A stretch of 64,000 nucleotides of DNA from Candidatus Babeliaceae bacterium (GTDB lineage Bacteria; Babelota; Babeliae; Babelales; Babelaceae): positions 20,242 through 84,241 of the forward strand of contig JBAZVR010000003.1 of NCBI GenBank assembly GCA_041660765.1, in the 5' to 3' direction. Position 1 is the stretch's first letter, and each line of letters opens with the position of its first letter. The translations under genes were made by a program, and so were the position numbers. Below the pieces are notes generated by a model. That model made no database searches. It worked only from the letters and a program-made list of their open reading frames with translations, and had not been told where the DNA came from. Below, piece after piece: positions 63,754-64,000 of the stretch.

Positions 63754-64000
63754 ATGAAAATACAGTCTCTCATAATACTTATAATGATCAATATTTTTTG
63801 CCTAGAAAATACGAAAGCTCGTATGAATAAAAAAACTTTTAATCAAAATATTTTTGACTTGGCGCTTAAGAATAATTTTTTTAGAAAAGAGGTTGTGACG
63901 GGGCAACATAGTCAAGTTGTTCTCATGAGTATTCCTGTTGGCGATGATATCGGAGAAGAAGTTCACAAAGTTGATCAAACGTTAATTTTTGTACAGGGGC
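63754..64000 (+). CDS. cupin-domain protein, 5' part (runs off the window)
   Basis: ATG 63754 is preceded by AAAAGG. The open frame runs to the window end. Pattern FRKEVVTGQHSQVVLMSIPVGDDIGEEVHKVDQTLIFVQG fits cupin_2 (..vl....pG..ig.E.H...dq...v..G). Not in the ORF track because no stop is reached. Confidence 0.55.
   Translation, partial: MKIQSLIILIMINIFCLENTKARMNKKTFNQNIFDLALKNNFFRKEVVTGQHSQVVLMSIPVGDDIGEEVHKVDQTLIFVQG

Overview
AT-rich bacterial chromosomal segment. I could not recognise any rRNA, tRNA or CRISPR array by eye. Short runs of clear housekeeping genes (thyX, rpmA, secF, rho, tsaD, smpB, arfB, mutL, prmC, ftsY, tag, an FKBP PPIase, Nudix, PEBP/YbhB, an FAD oxidoreductase, a SAM methyltransferase) alternate with lineage-specific genes, most of which carry a signal peptide. 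The dominant feature is a co-directional pair of giant genes on the minus strand (21917-29446, 2509 aa; 29450-41365/41383, about 3971 aa). Both are built from repeated phage-tail-fibre-like GDTMTG repeats, parallel beta-helix-like modules and tail-fibre-tip-like knobs. They share a nearly identical block of about 0.9 kb, and the longer gene has a 477-nt-period tandem array. Other notable content: (1) an 1851-aa secreted protein with four repeats of about 95 aa; (2) two mosaic tandem ankyrin-repeat genes with an almost identical 55-aa leader; (3) two separate tandem arrays of secreted paralogs (47.1-51.2 kb and 56.9-61.3 kb), each with a conserved leader or C-terminal motif and duplicated promoter regions; (4) a C1q-like head on a Cys-decapeptide stalk; (5) a PLC-like phosphodiesterase with large insertions; (6) a short dispersed repeat element with one long copy translated in frame inside the mutL linker; (7) gene decay, namely a DUF488 gene with an in-frame TGA, an internally deleted AAA-ATPase/DUF4143 gene and a degenerate IS1595-like ORF. 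The overall content (ankyrin arrays, many secreted paralog families, thyX, pseudogenes) suggests a host-associated or intracellular bacterium, for example a Dependentiae/TM6-like amoeba symbiont. That taxonomic placement is inference only. Several ORF-track starts were moved to downstream ATG/GTG codons where a Shine-Dalgarno sequence, a terminator hairpin or a paralog alignment supported the change.
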